A stretch of DNA of 64,000 bases from Patescibacteria group bacterium. GTDB lineage: Bacteria > Patescibacteriota > WWE3 > JAMCXX01 > JBBTUG01. Numbering within the stretch: position 1 is the first letter of the stretch; every line of letters starts with the position of its first letter. Below, piece by piece: positions 1-8,571 of this stretch. Below the pieces are notes generated by a model, which worked only from the letters and a program-made list of their open reading frames with translations, ran no database searches and was not told the origin of the DNA. The translations under genes and the position numbers were made by a program. The stretch is taken from assembly GCA_038063895.1 (NCBI GenBank), contig JBBTUG010000012.1, positions 78,165 to 142,164 on the forward strand. The letters are read 5' to 3'.

Positions 1-699
1 ACTCGGATATAGCTCTATTATCTTTATCCCGTTCTTCTTTGCAAGAAGTGTTTTTCTCTTAAATAGTCGGTCGTATCTTTTTAATACTCCTTTTAGACCA
101 ACGAACTCTACCCAGTACTTCCCTTTAACTACAAAGTCGGCTGAAAATTTCCTTTGATTGGGATAATAAACATCCTTGAGGTGTTGAATATTATTTCTCG
201 TGAGAAAATCATCAATTATCTTTTCGCTTAGTGAGTTACAGATATGACCGTCTTTAGCCAACCACCTTTTCGCGAAAAGAACTGGATTCGGTTTAAACCC
301 GGAAGCTAAAATAGCTTTATTCCAGCTCCCAAAAACTCTTCTGAACGGCTGCCAATGGTTATAAAATTCACGTTTTGTGGGAATACGTCCAACTTTCTTC
401 CGAAAGGCTTTTATCTCGTTGATAAGTTGGTTCCTTGTGTATTTAATTTTAAATTTATACGGGGCGTTTCTCCCGCCCCTGCGACACGCATCCTTAAACT
501 GTTCTTCGGTTAGACTTTTGCGAAGTTTTATGATCCCGCGTTGCATTAAATAAAGGTGCTGTCTTCCGGTAAGTTTTATACCCTTTGTATAAACGAAGGC
601 AGTACCTAACCCTATCCCAAGCATCATAGCAACATCGCGATGGGATTTTCCAGCTCTGCGCAAAATACGTGCTTTTCTCTTAGTACTTGGTTTTAGCAC
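1..699 (-). CDS. Putative nuclease (partial, runs off window): N-terminal HTH, homing-endonuclease-associated repeat, C-terminal PD-(D/E)XK-like domain
   Basis: Not in ORF track. Hand translation from GTG 699 is open to base 1: VLKPSTKRKARILRRAGKSHRDVAMMLGIG...GRIPTKREF...FRRVFGSWNKAILASG...DGHICNSLSEKIIDDFL...ADFVVKGKYWVEFVG. Confidence 0.7.
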   Translation of the reverse strand, partial: MLKPSTKRKARILRRAGKSHRDVAMMLGIGLGTAFVYTKGIKLTGRQHLYLMQRGIIKLRKSLTEEQFKDACRRGGRNAPYKFKIKYTRNQLINEIKAFRKKVGRIPTKREFYNHWQPFRRVFGSWNKAILASGFKPNPVLFAKRWLAKDGHICNSLSEKIIDDFLTRNNIQHLKDVYYPNQRKFSADFVVKGKYWVEFVGLKGVLKRYDRLFKRKTLLAKKNGIKIIELYPS

Positions 700-772
700 T
701 ATTTCAATATACCAAAAATAAACCGAAAATGCTAGTTGTCTATATGCAAGATTTATGGTAACTTTTAAAGAG

Positions 773-848
773 CGGGGTGTAGTTCAACTAGCAGAACGCA
801 CGCATGGGGTGCGTGAGGCACCCGGGGCAGCACCGGGCACCCCGACCA
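773..848 (+). tRNA. tRNA-Pro(GGG) with non-canonical D/T loops
   Basis: Acceptor CGGGGTG/CACCCCG, A73, encoded CCA; anticodon arm CACGC-ATGGGGT-GCGTG; T arm CCCGG-GGCAGCA-CCGGG. Confidence 0.9.
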
Positions 849-858
849 AGCCTACAAA

Positions 859-1998
859 ATGGACTTAATTTTCCAAGATAGTAAAAAACGAATAATCGAT
901 AAGAAAGAGGCTGTTCCTTTTACTTTAGATGATTCAGGTTTTTACCTGGTAGGCGTCGCCGCACGCGCCAAAGATGAAAAACAAGTAGGCGGTACCGACG
1001 ACGATGACCTTAGAATCGAGTTAGATAAAACAACGTTTCCCCAACTTACCAACTTAAATCGGTATTTAGATTCACCGGCTGCATTCTCTGGAGGCAAACT
1101 CAGAGACCGTAAGCAACATGTGCTCACATTAACGAACCTTCAGAAAGGTACCCATAACCTTACATTAATCCCGGACGGTTCTCCAACCTTGGAAGAAATT
1201 AATATCTGGAAGCTCCCTTCCCAAAGCACCCTCGAACTAAAAATGAATAATACCGCCGAGGATGGAAACCGTCGGCCTTGGGTGGTGTTTATCTTATTAA
1301 ACGCTTCCCTTGGAGAGTTTTCAGTCGATCTGACCCTAAAACGCCGATTTATTGATAGTGATGATGTAAAAATAGCTGTTGATGGTGTCATTATCAGAAA
1401 CAACCGAAGTGTTCTTCATAAATTTTGGTATTTCATAGCTTCTTTATTCGGCCAGGAAATTAAAAGCAACACGTTTAAAACCAAATTAGCTATCGGACTT
1501 CATTACATCGAGTTATGGGCAGATCGAATGCCAACCCTTAATTCAATCACGTTTAGGGATCTAATATTCCCCCAATCAGAAGAAAAAGACCCCGTAGAAA
1601 TTATCAAAGATAAGATTATAGCCATGGCTAGAGAATACGGTTTCGACCCTGAAATGATGCTTCGGGTAGCAAAAAAAGAATCTCAATTCAATCCCCGAGC
1701 CGTCTCTCCCGCTGGAGCTAAAGGACTTTTTCAACTAATGCCAATTACAATTGATCAAATTAATAATTTAGGTTACGAGGTTAGCGATGTTTTTAATGTT
1801 GATCAAAACATTAAAGGCGCAATGATTTACTTCCAGTGGCTTTCAGGGATGTACCCCAAGGATGAAGAGTACTGGGAAAAGATCATGGCTGCTTGGAATT
1901 GGGGGCAAGGAAACTTTCCCAAAGAAGGACCGCTAGGTGCGTGGAAACCCGTTCCAAACGAAACTATTAACTTTATAAATTACGTTTTAAATAGATGA
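859..1998 (+). CDS. Lytic transglycosylase (SLT/GH23) domain protein with tandem-repeat N-terminal module, no signal peptide
   Basis: C-terminal SLT motifs KESQFNPRAVSPAGAKGLFQLMP and AAWNWG; N-terminal ~230 aa paralogous to 56940..58301. Confidence 0.85.
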   Translation: MDLIFQDSKKRIIDKKEAVPFTLDDSGFYLVGVAARAKDEKQVGGTDDDDLRIELDKTTFPQLTNLNRYLDSPAAFSGGKLRDRKQHVLTLTNLQKGTHNLTLIPDGSPTLEEINIWKLPSQSTLELKMNNTAEDGNRRPWVVFILLNASLGEFSVDLTLKRRFIDSDDVKIAVDGVIIRNNRSVLHKFWYFIASLFGQEIKSNTFKTKLAIGLHYIELWADRMPTLNSITFRDLIFPQSEEKDPVEIIKDKIIAMAREYGFDPEMMLRVAKKESQFNPRAVSPAGAKGLFQLMPITIDQINNLGYEVSDVFNVDQNIKGAMIYFQWLSGMYPKDEEYWEKIMAAWNWGQGNFPKEGPLGAWKPVPNETINFINYVLNR

Positions 1999-2618
1999 AA
2001 ATACCTCTCTTTCCGACATTTTTGTTGTTTTCGGTGATTACAGTAAGTTCAGTAACCTTTTGGTTTTATGTCGCGACATTGTATCAAACTTCAAACAAAG
2101 CCAGCGTCACCCCCAAGTCTAACTCTCTAACTCAGGAAGTAATAGTGAACTTAAAAGAGAAAGGGCAGGTAATACCAATTAGGATTAAATCCTACGTGAC
2201 AGATAACTTTGAAGGTAAAACAGACATATTTGTTAATTCGGACAGCACTATACTAACCTCACTACACGGACTACTTCAAAATTCATATGCTATTGACATC
2301 GAAAATAACGGAGATGAAGAGCTGGTTGTTGGTGTTGTCTCCGGGAAGTTAGGTAACACAACCTTCTACCGTTATCAGAATGATCAATTAATACCAGTAC
2401 CAACTCACACTGGAAAACAGGAAGGCTTATCCGGTACCACCTCCTACCACTTTCCTCGATTTAAAGACATCGACAGCGATGGGGTCTTGGAAATGCTTTC
2501 TTACCATACTGCTTTCCCATTCGACGAAATAGGGGGACTGGAAGTTTACAAGTTCAACGGAATGAAATTTATGAAAATTGATGAGTATGAGGAGACTACC
2601 CAAGATTTCTATTTGTAA
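1995..2618 (+). CDS. Membrane-anchored DxDxDG-motif protein; candidate lysozyme inhibitor/immunity protein
   Basis: N-terminal hydrophobic helix; motifs DIENNGDEELVV and DIDSDGVLEML; ATGA overlap with upstream SLT gene. Confidence 0.6.
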   Translation: MKIPLFPTFLLFSVITVSSVTFWFYVATLYQTSNKASVTPKSNSLTQEVIVNLKEKGQVIPIRIKSYVTDNFEGKTDIFVNSDSTILTSLHGLLQNSYAIDIENNGDEELVVGVVSGKLGNTTFYRYQNDQLIPVPTHTGKQEGLSGTTSYHFPRFKDIDSDGVLEMLSYHTAFPFDEIGGLEVYKFNGMKFMKIDEYEETTQDFYL

Positions 2619-2647
2619 CTAACAACCGAATAAAGAATATTTAATAA

Positions 2648-3136
2648 ATGATCACCGACACCTATCCTCCATTCCTCGAAAAAATATTGTCCGGTCTTAA
2701 TGACAAAAAGGTTGAGGTGACTGATATGGAAATGGATCACATCGGCTATCAGACTGCATCCGGCCTCGAATATGAAAAGATGTTACCAGAGGTTGCCAAG
2801 CTTGGTCCGCAAATTCATGAGGCCGTTGTTCGGGGGCGGCGGGTCGCCATCTTTAAACTGAACGAGAAACTCAACTACCGAAATTACTTCATCAGCGCGA
2901 TAGAAGTAATTGAACCTTTAGCCGGGCAAGTGTGCAATTCAGGCTGGGAACATGCCGAATTCGTCATCGGAAACTCTTTTGAGACTTTTCTTAAGAAATA
3001 CCCAACGGTTGACTGGGACATCAGCGCGATAAATCAGGACACCTTCCCGATGATAAAACTTAAACTGGAAAACGGCCTCCAAGCCAAATTCCACCTCAAA
3101 CCTGTCTTAGAAATAATTCGGGATATTAAATCATGA
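2648..3136 (+). CDS. YecM-like VOC-family metalloprotein
   Basis: DHIGYQ, GRRVAIFKL, IEVIEP, GWEHAEFVI, KFH motifs. Confidence 0.75.
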   Translation: MITDTYPPFLEKILSGLNDKKVEVTDMEMDHIGYQTASGLEYEKMLPEVAKLGPQIHEAVVRGRRVAIFKLNEKLNYRNYFISAIEVIEPLAGQVCNSGWEHAEFVIGNSFETFLKKYPTVDWDISAINQDTFPMIKLKLENGLQAKFHLKPVLEIIRDIKS

Positions 3137-4134
3137 AATACTCGGATCGGGTTTACGGGCAATTCAACATTACCGAACCGGTGATTTTAGAACTGATTAA
3201 TTGCCCGGCCATTCAAAGATTGAAAAAGATCGATCAGGCCGGCTACAAACCGCTTTGGGCAAAGCCGGAAACCAGGGTCAATGGCACAGAAGCCAGCCGT
3301 TTCGCCCATTCCGTAGGTGTTTTTATTCTTCTCAACAAATATCAGGCTCCCTTAGAAGAGCAAATAGCCGGCTTAATCCACGATGTCTCTCATTCGGCAT
3401 TTTCCCACTGTATTGACTATGTTTTGGATTCCGGTTCGGAAAAAGAACACACCCACCAGGACAGGCTCTTTCCCAGTTTTGTCCGTAAATCGGGGATACC
3501 GAAAATACTCGAAAAATACGGGTTCGCTCTGGATTATATTTTAGATGACGGAAATTTTCCGTTAAAGGAAAAAGAGTTGCCGGATCTCTGTGCCGACCGG
3601 ATTGATTATTCGCTGAGAGAAGCCGTTATTTATAATGAGCTGGGTGAAAAAGACCGTAATTATCTTCTAGATTCATTAACCGTAAAAGATAACTACTGGG
3701 TATTCAGCAGTTTTGAGAGCGGAAAAAAATACGCAGAGCTGTTCTTCCAATTAAATACAATCTATTTCTCCGGCCTTCCATCGGCAGTAATGTTTCGGGC
3801 GGTTGGCGATTGCCTGAAATACGCCTTAAAAGTAGGTTACCTTTCGGAAAACGACCTCTACACTACCGATGAAAAGGTTCTGGGGAAAATTAGAAATAAG
3901 GTGGATTCGGACGGGAAATTGAGTGTACTTTGGGACCGGATGAACGGTGTCATCAAAGCCCACAATGACCCAAGCGATTATGAATCAACAGTTTTTTGTA
4001 AATCCAGAATAGTCGATCCTTTATTCCTTAATGGCACAAAAGTGCAAAGGTTATCGGAAACTAAGCCGGAGTGGAAAAAGGTCGTCGAGCGGGAATCGAA
4101 ACCAAAACAATATTTTTTGAAATTTGAAAGGTAA
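3133..4134 (+). CDS. HD-domain phosphohydrolase (SAMHD1/dNTPase-like)
   Basis: QRLKKIDQ, SRFAHSVGV, LIHDVSHSAFSH, ADRIDY motifs. Confidence 0.85.
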   Translation: MKYSDRVYGQFNITEPVILELINCPAIQRLKKIDQAGYKPLWAKPETRVNGTEASRFAHSVGVFILLNKYQAPLEEQIAGLIHDVSHSAFSHCIDYVLDSGSEKEHTHQDRLFPSFVRKSGIPKILEKYGFALDYILDDGNFPLKEKELPDLCADRIDYSLREAVIYNELGEKDRNYLLDSLTVKDNYWVFSSFESGKKYAELFFQLNTIYFSGLPSAVMFRAVGDCLKYALKVGYLSENDLYTTDEKVLGKIRNKVDSDGKLSVLWDRMNGVIKAHNDPSDYESTVFCKSRIVDPLFLNGTKVQRLSETKPEWKKVVERESKPKQYFLKFER

Positions 4135-4168
4135 CCGGCTAATACTCAACTTCCCACGCTAGCAAAAA

Positions 4169-4468
4169 ATGGTCAAACAGCTAAAACAGCCTAAACGGAT
4201 TAACTGGCACTTCGTTTATCTTCTAAAATGCTCTGATCGAACGCTATACTGCGGCTCAACTAATAATTTTCAGCGGCGGCTGAGGGAACACAATAAAGGA
4301 ACAGCAGCCCGCTACACCCGCGGCCGGCTTCCGGTAAAACTGGTTTATCTTGAAAAGCACAGTACGCTCTTATCAGCCAGAGGACGAGAACAAGAAATCA
4401 AAGGTTGGACAAAAAGAAAGAAACTGACGTTGATTAAAGATAATGCTCATGAATCTTTAAATAGATAA
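4169..4468 (+). CDS. Small GIY-YIG nuclease (YhbQ/UPF0213-like)
   Basis: FVYLLKCSDRTLYCGST, RLREHNKG, ARYTRGRLP, REQEIK. Confidence 0.85.
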   Translation: MVKQLKQPKRINWHFVYLLKCSDRTLYCGSTNNFQRRLREHNKGTAARYTRGRLPVKLVYLEKHSTLLSARGREQEIKGWTKRKKLTLIKDNAHESLNR

Positions 4469-4503
4469 AAAAAGCTCCGAGTCTTGCTTAGCAAGTCGGA
4501 GCT
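4467..4503 (-). terminator. Probable intrinsic terminator of the 4633..5535 transcript
   Basis: AGCTCCGA..TCGGAGCT stem with inner CTTGC/GCAAG hairpin, followed by a T-run on the minus strand. Confidence 0.55.
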
Positions 4504-4535
4504 CATTTAACCTGAATTTTGCGGGCGAAGATCAA

Positions 4536-4580
4536 CCCTTCGACAAGCTCAGGATTGTGCTGAGCAAAGTCGAAGCACAA
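4536..4580. repeat. REP-like palindrome CCCTTCGACAAGCTCAGG...CTGAGCAAAGTCGAAG
   Basis: Pairing CTTCGAC/GTCGAAG and GCTCAG/CTGAGC; lies just 3' of a GIY-YIG gene. Confidence 0.6.
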
Positions 4581-4632
4581 GGAACAAAAATCAAGAAGCT
4601 CAAGACTTCAAGATTCAAGCTCCAAGAACCAC

Positions 4633-5535
4633 CTACCGCACGAAACCGGACGCCGACCCACAGTCACCGCTGGCATCACCAAGCCATCTGCGGTAGAACC
4701 TGAGCCGACCGCCACTGAAGCAGAAGCACAGGCCGGACTCGAACTCCGCGCCGCCCCCGGATCGATACTCGTCACCCGAACAATCAATGGCCAGGTGCTC
4801 GTACTTCTCGAGGTTCTCGAGGCGCTTCGGGTTGGTGAGAAGAACGTGCCCCACCACCCAAGCGGGTAACGGAAACTCGGTCGTACCGCGCTCCATTTCC
4901 CAACGGGCGTTCCGTGGGCTGTAACCACCCCACTTTTGACCGGTTTGGGCGGCCAACACCAGAAAATCTCCTGGTTGTTCCTTCTCGAGCTTGGCAATGG
5001 CGTCAATTGCCAACTGCCGCATCCGTACCCGGTCAGCTGTCAACTCACCGGCGCGGTAGTTGTGAAACTGCCGCTGACGGGCGAGGTGAGCCAGAACCGT
5101 GCTCTCGAGCATTTGCCCGTAGCCCTCACCGTACGGATTCTCGATTCCGAGCTCCACCGCGACGCGGCTAAGCTTGGGAATGATGAACAAGCCGTCGGCG
5201 GCCTGAGGAACCGCAATTCCCTTGGCCACTTCAACAACGTGTGATGCGTCAAGGTAAGGGTAAAAGTCTTGCAAGACCTTCTGTTGATCAAAGATCGTCG
5301 TGGGACTCCAGCCCTTCGGGTAGAAGTAGCGGACCTCCGTCTTCTCCCTGGCGAACGGATTAGCCATCTCCCCGATAACCTTGACGAGTAACTCGCGGGG
5401 GATTGTGCCGTTGCCGATTCTGAGAAGAAAATCAAAGTTCTCCAACCACCTTTGAATCTCCGTCGGACCAAAATTGTGCTCGTCGAAGCGCTCGATTAAC
5501 GCCTTCAACGGGCCCCAGATAAATTGAGTAGCCAT
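4633..5535 (-). CDS. Hypothetical protein; probable DGR target (C-terminal CLec-like variable region)
   Basis: C-terminus DCSGDEY...LCFCFSGGRLRFYRRWLGDASGDCGSASGFVR, rich in NNC/NNT codons; CTTGA-type short repeats after the stop. Confidence 0.6.
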   Translation of the reverse strand: MATQFIWGPLKALIERFDEHNFGPTEIQRWLENFDFLLRIGNGTIPRELLVKVIGEMANPFAREKTEVRYFYPKGWSPTTIFDQQKVLQDFYPYLDASHVVEVAKGIAVPQAADGLFIIPKLSRVAVELGIENPYGEGYGQMLESTVLAHLARQRQFHNYRAGELTADRVRMRQLAIDAIAKLEKEQPGDFLVLAAQTGQKWGGYSPRNARWEMERGTTEFPLPAWVVGHVLLTNPKRLENLEKYEHLAIDCSGDEYRSGGGAEFESGLCFCFSGGRLRFYRRWLGDASGDCGSASGFVR

Positions 5536-5652
5536 TTGGCCATCTCCTTTCTTTTCTCCTAAATTTTGGTGCTAATTAATAAGAGTGCTAAACCGAATAC
5601 CTGCCCTCCTTTCTTTATCTGCTGCCATATGAAAACAGATAGAACCGACTAT

Positions 5653-5681
5653 AGAATAATAAAAAAACGGGAATTTGTCAA
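5653..5681 (-). promoter_or_regulatory. Sigma70 promoter for 4633..5535
   Basis: TTGACA-17 nt-TATTCT. Confidence 0.6.
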
Positions 5682-5691
5682 CTATAAGATA

Positions 5692-6144
5692 TTAGCGTTT
5701 TGACCACTGGGGTTTGCGGCGGGCGCGAAGGTGCCCGTACTTTTTTCTTTCCTTCATTCGGGAATCCCGGGTTAAAAGCTTCTCGGTCTTCAGTAAAGCC
5801 CTGAATTCGGGATTAAATTCGACCAAAGCCCGGGACAACCCGTGCGTAACGGCTTCCAGCTGGGAGTAAATTCCCCCGCCGCGAACTTTAATTGAGCCGG
5901 TAAATTTTCCCAAGACATCCGTAATTTGAAACGGCCGGAGATAAGAAGCCTCAGCCTGTTCCCGGGTCACGGAATGAAAATAAGCCGCAATCGGTAACCC
6001 GTTAACAACCATGCCCGCACCAGCCCCTTTGCCTTTTTCGAAAAGCCAAACCCGGGCCACCGAGGTTTTCCGCCGGCCCGTACCCGAGAAAAATTTTCCT
6101 TTGACAGGCTTCTCCGCCGTAACTGTTGTTTTTTCTTTAACCAT
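5692..6144 (-). CDS. rpsI: 30S ribosomal protein S9
   Basis: GTGRRKTSVARV, LTRDSRMKERKKYG, PQWSKR. Confidence 0.97.
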   Translation of the reverse strand: MVKEKTTVTAEKPVKGKFFSGTGRRKTSVARVWLFEKGKGAGAGMVVNGLPIAAYFHSVTREQAEASYLRPFQITDVLGKFTGSIKVRGGGIYSQLEAVTHGLSRALVEFNPEFRALLKTEKLLTRDSRMKERKKYGHLRARRKPQWSKR

Positions 6145-6574
6145 TCGTCTCCTTCACGTTCGCGAATACTACCTTTTGCGGAATCTTATCGTCAACATAA
6201 AGATGCAATCGGGCGAGCCGGGTAGCCCGGAATTTATTATCCGGCAACATCCCCAAAACAGCCTTGCGCAAGACCTCTGTCGGACGGCGGACAAAAAGCT
6301 TTCCGTAAGTTTCCTTTTTTAAACCGCCGGGATAGCCGGAATAACGGTAATATGTTTTGTCCTTTTCTTTTGCTCCGGTTACCTTGATCTTACCAATATT
6401 AGTTACCACCACACAGTGACCCAAGTCCAGATAATTAACGTAACGGACCTCATTTTTCCCCATCAGTAATTTACTGATTTCAACCGCAAGCCGGCCCAAG
6501 ATACGCCCTCGGCCGTCGAGCAAATACCACTTCCGGGAAACTTCTTTGATCTTTAACGGCTTAGTTTTAATCAT
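6137..6574 (-). CDS. rplM: 50S ribosomal protein L13
   Basis: RKWYLLD, ILGRLA, YRYSGYPGGLK, AVLGMLP. Confidence 0.97.
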   Translation of the reverse strand: MIKTKPLKIKEVSRKWYLLDGRGRILGRLAVEISKLLMGKNEVRYVNYLDLGHCVVVTNIGKIKVTGAKEKDKTYYRYSGYPGGLKKETYGKLFVRRPTEVLRKAVLGMLPDNKFRATRLARLHLYVDDKIPQKVVFANVKETNG

Positions 6575-6576
6575 AG

Positions 6577-7047
6577 TTATTTGGTTGTCTTTTTCTTTAA
6601 CTTAGTTTTTTCCCCGAGAGCCGGACTTTTTACTTTTGCCGGTTTCTTTTCTTTAGCTTTGTTCTTTTTTGCCGGAGCTTCTTTTTTCGAAAGGGCAGTC
6701 ACCCATTCTAAACGGGCCATTTCCGCCCCATCCCCTCGGCGCGGCCCGAGCTTTATTAAACGGGTAAAACCGCTTTTCGTCGAGGAAAGGAGCGGGATGT
6801 CGTGAGTAAAAAAATGCGCGGCCGCTGCTTTTTCAGTGAAAGAGTTATAGAGCTGACGGCGGCTGGCTAACGTCTGGCGGCTGGCGGACGAAATTAGGGA
6901 CTCGAGCGGAGCCTGAAGGTATTTTGCCTTAGCCAAAGTCGTCGTCAACTTCCCGTTCTTAGCGAATGCGGTTATCAGATTTTTAAGAAGAAGGGCTCGG
7001 TGATCCGGCTTCCGATTTAGTTTTTTCTTATCGATTCGGTGGCGCAT
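6577..7047 (-). CDS. rplQ: 50S ribosomal protein L17 with Lys-rich tail
   Basis: MRHR..KLNR, TTLAKAK, SGFTRLIKLGPRRGDGAEMA. Confidence 0.96.
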   Translation of the reverse strand: MRHRIDKKKLNRKPDHRALLLKNLITAFAKNGKLTTTLAKAKYLQAPLESLISSASRQTLASRRQLYNSFTEKAAAAHFFTHDIPLLSSTKSGFTRLIKLGPRRGDGAEMARLEWVTALSKKEAPAKKNKAKEKKPAKVKSPALGEKTKLKKKTTK

Positions 7048-7056
7048 GGCTGATTT

Positions 7057-7995
7057 TTATCCGGCCCGCCAACCCTGTTTCTTAAGAAGCTTGTCGACCT
7101 CGGAGACGGCCTTTTGCCCAAACCCGCGAAGTTTAAGTAATTCGTCGTCGCCCTTAGTCAGGAGCTCCTCAAGCGTCTTAATCTTGCCGGAAAGAATGGC
7201 GTTGGTCGTCCGGGTCGATAAACCTAAATCTTCAATCGGCATTTTTCTTTCCGACTCGGAGAGGGCTGTCGTTGTAAGCAGCGCCGGGGCGGCGGGAGTT
7301 TCTTCAATCACCCGCTCACCGCTAATAACTTTAAAGTATTCCAATATAATCATTGACGCTTTCTTTAGCGCGTCGGGGGCTGAAATCGTCCCATCAGTAG
7401 TAATCTCTAAAACCAGGCGGTCCAAATCAGTCTCGCGGCCAACCCGTGTCGGTTCCGTAGTATAGACGGCTGAAGTGACCGGGGAGTAAACGCTGTCGAG
7501 AACCAATACACCTATTTTTCCCGACGGGCGCTCTTCGGAAGCAACGTAACCGATTCCTTTTTCAGCGGTTAACTCAACGCAAAAGCGGGTCTTGCTGTCG
7601 GCCAAAGTCGCCAAGTGCAAATCCTTGTTAACGATCTCCGCATTTCCCAGCACTTCAAAGTCCCCCGCGGTCACGTCTTTAGGACCCTTAACGTCAACTT
7701 TTAAAGTAACGGGATTATCATCAAAAATTTTAATTCTTATCTTTTTGACGTTTAGGGAAAGCTGCACGGTATCTTCTTTCACTCCGGGAACGGAAGTAAA
7801 TTGGTGGGGTACCCCGTCGATCCGCATTTGGGTCACGGCAGCGCCGGGAAGCGAGGAAAGAAGAACCCGCCTAAGTGCGTTACCGATGGTGTCGGCATAA
7901 CCGGTCGGCAAAGGTTCAAAAACGAACTTACCGTAATTGGCTTTTTCCTCTTCGGTTTTTATCTTAAGTAAGTTAATTAACTGATCGATTACCAT
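7057..7995 (-). CDS. rpoA: RNA polymerase alpha subunit
   Basis: EPLPTGYADTIGNALRRVLLSSLPG; CTD LRGFGQKA. Confidence 0.97.
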   Translation of the reverse strand: MVIDQLINLLKIKTEEEKANYGKFVFEPLPTGYADTIGNALRRVLLSSLPGAAVTQMRIDGVPHQFTSVPGVKEDTVQLSLNVKKIRIKIFDDNPVTLKVDVKGPKDVTAGDFEVLGNAEIVNKDLHLATLADSKTRFCVELTAEKGIGYVASEERPSGKIGVLVLDSVYSPVTSAVYTTEPTRVGRETDLDRLVLEITTDGTISAPDALKKASMIILEYFKVISGERVIEETPAAPALLTTTALSESERKMPIEDLGLSTRTTNAILSGKIKTLEELLTKGDDELLKLRGFGQKAVSEVDKLLKKQGWRAG

Positions 7996-8050
7996 AATTA
8001 TATTTAAATCAAAAAAAACCCGCCCGCCGTGCCGGAGGGGAAAATCCAGA

Positions 8051-8566
8051 CTACCTGCCTGAATAATACTCTAAAGCAAGGGTTTCGTCAATATCCGGCT
8101 CAATTTCCGTATTTTCAGGCAATCGGACGACCAAAACAGTCATTTTCTTCCGGTCAAGCTTTAACCATCCCGGCACTACGGCCTCTTCCGACAAGGAAAA
8201 ACGGGAAAGAGAAAGGGCATCGTCAACATTCAATAAATACGAAGCGGTCAAAACCCGGCGTCCGTTAACCTTAACCTTGCCGTGCCGGATCAGCTGTTTC
8301 GCATTGGCGCGGGAAGAAACCCCTATACGGTAAAGGACATTATCCAGCCTCCGCTCCAACAGGGTTAACAAAGAAACAACTCCGGATTTTTTTAGGCGCC
8401 GGAAAGCGACGACATAATTTTTAACCTGACGATCACGGATTAAGTAAGCCTGTTTTATTTTCCGGGCTTCTTTCAACCGCAGCGCGTATTCGGAAGGGCG
8501 GCGCATTCCCCGCCGTGATTTAACCGCTAAGTTGCCTGTTCGTTCTCTTGTAACTTGGTAAGCCAT
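8051..8566 (-). CDS. rpsD: 30S ribosomal protein S4 (short form)
   Basis: SEYALRLKE, LERRLDNVLYR, QLIRHGKVKVNG, EYYS. Confidence 0.93.
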   Translation of the reverse strand: MAYQVTRERTGNLAVKSRRGMRRPSEYALRLKEARKIKQAYLIRDRQVKNYVVAFRRLKKSGVVSLLTLLERRLDNVLYRIGVSSRANAKQLIRHGKVKVNGRRVLTASYLLNVDDALSLSRFSLSEEAVVPGWLKLDRKKMTVLVVRLPENTEIEPDIDETLALEYYSGR

Positions 8567-8571
8567 AATAA

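Noticed and set aside
4608-5471. Alternative-frame ORFs overlapping 4633..5535
   Set aside because: Shadow ORFs of a GC-rich gene with no recognisable motifs.
5565-5591. CIRCE element
   Set aside because: Only the GAGTGCTAA half is present; the left arm does not match TTAGCACTC.
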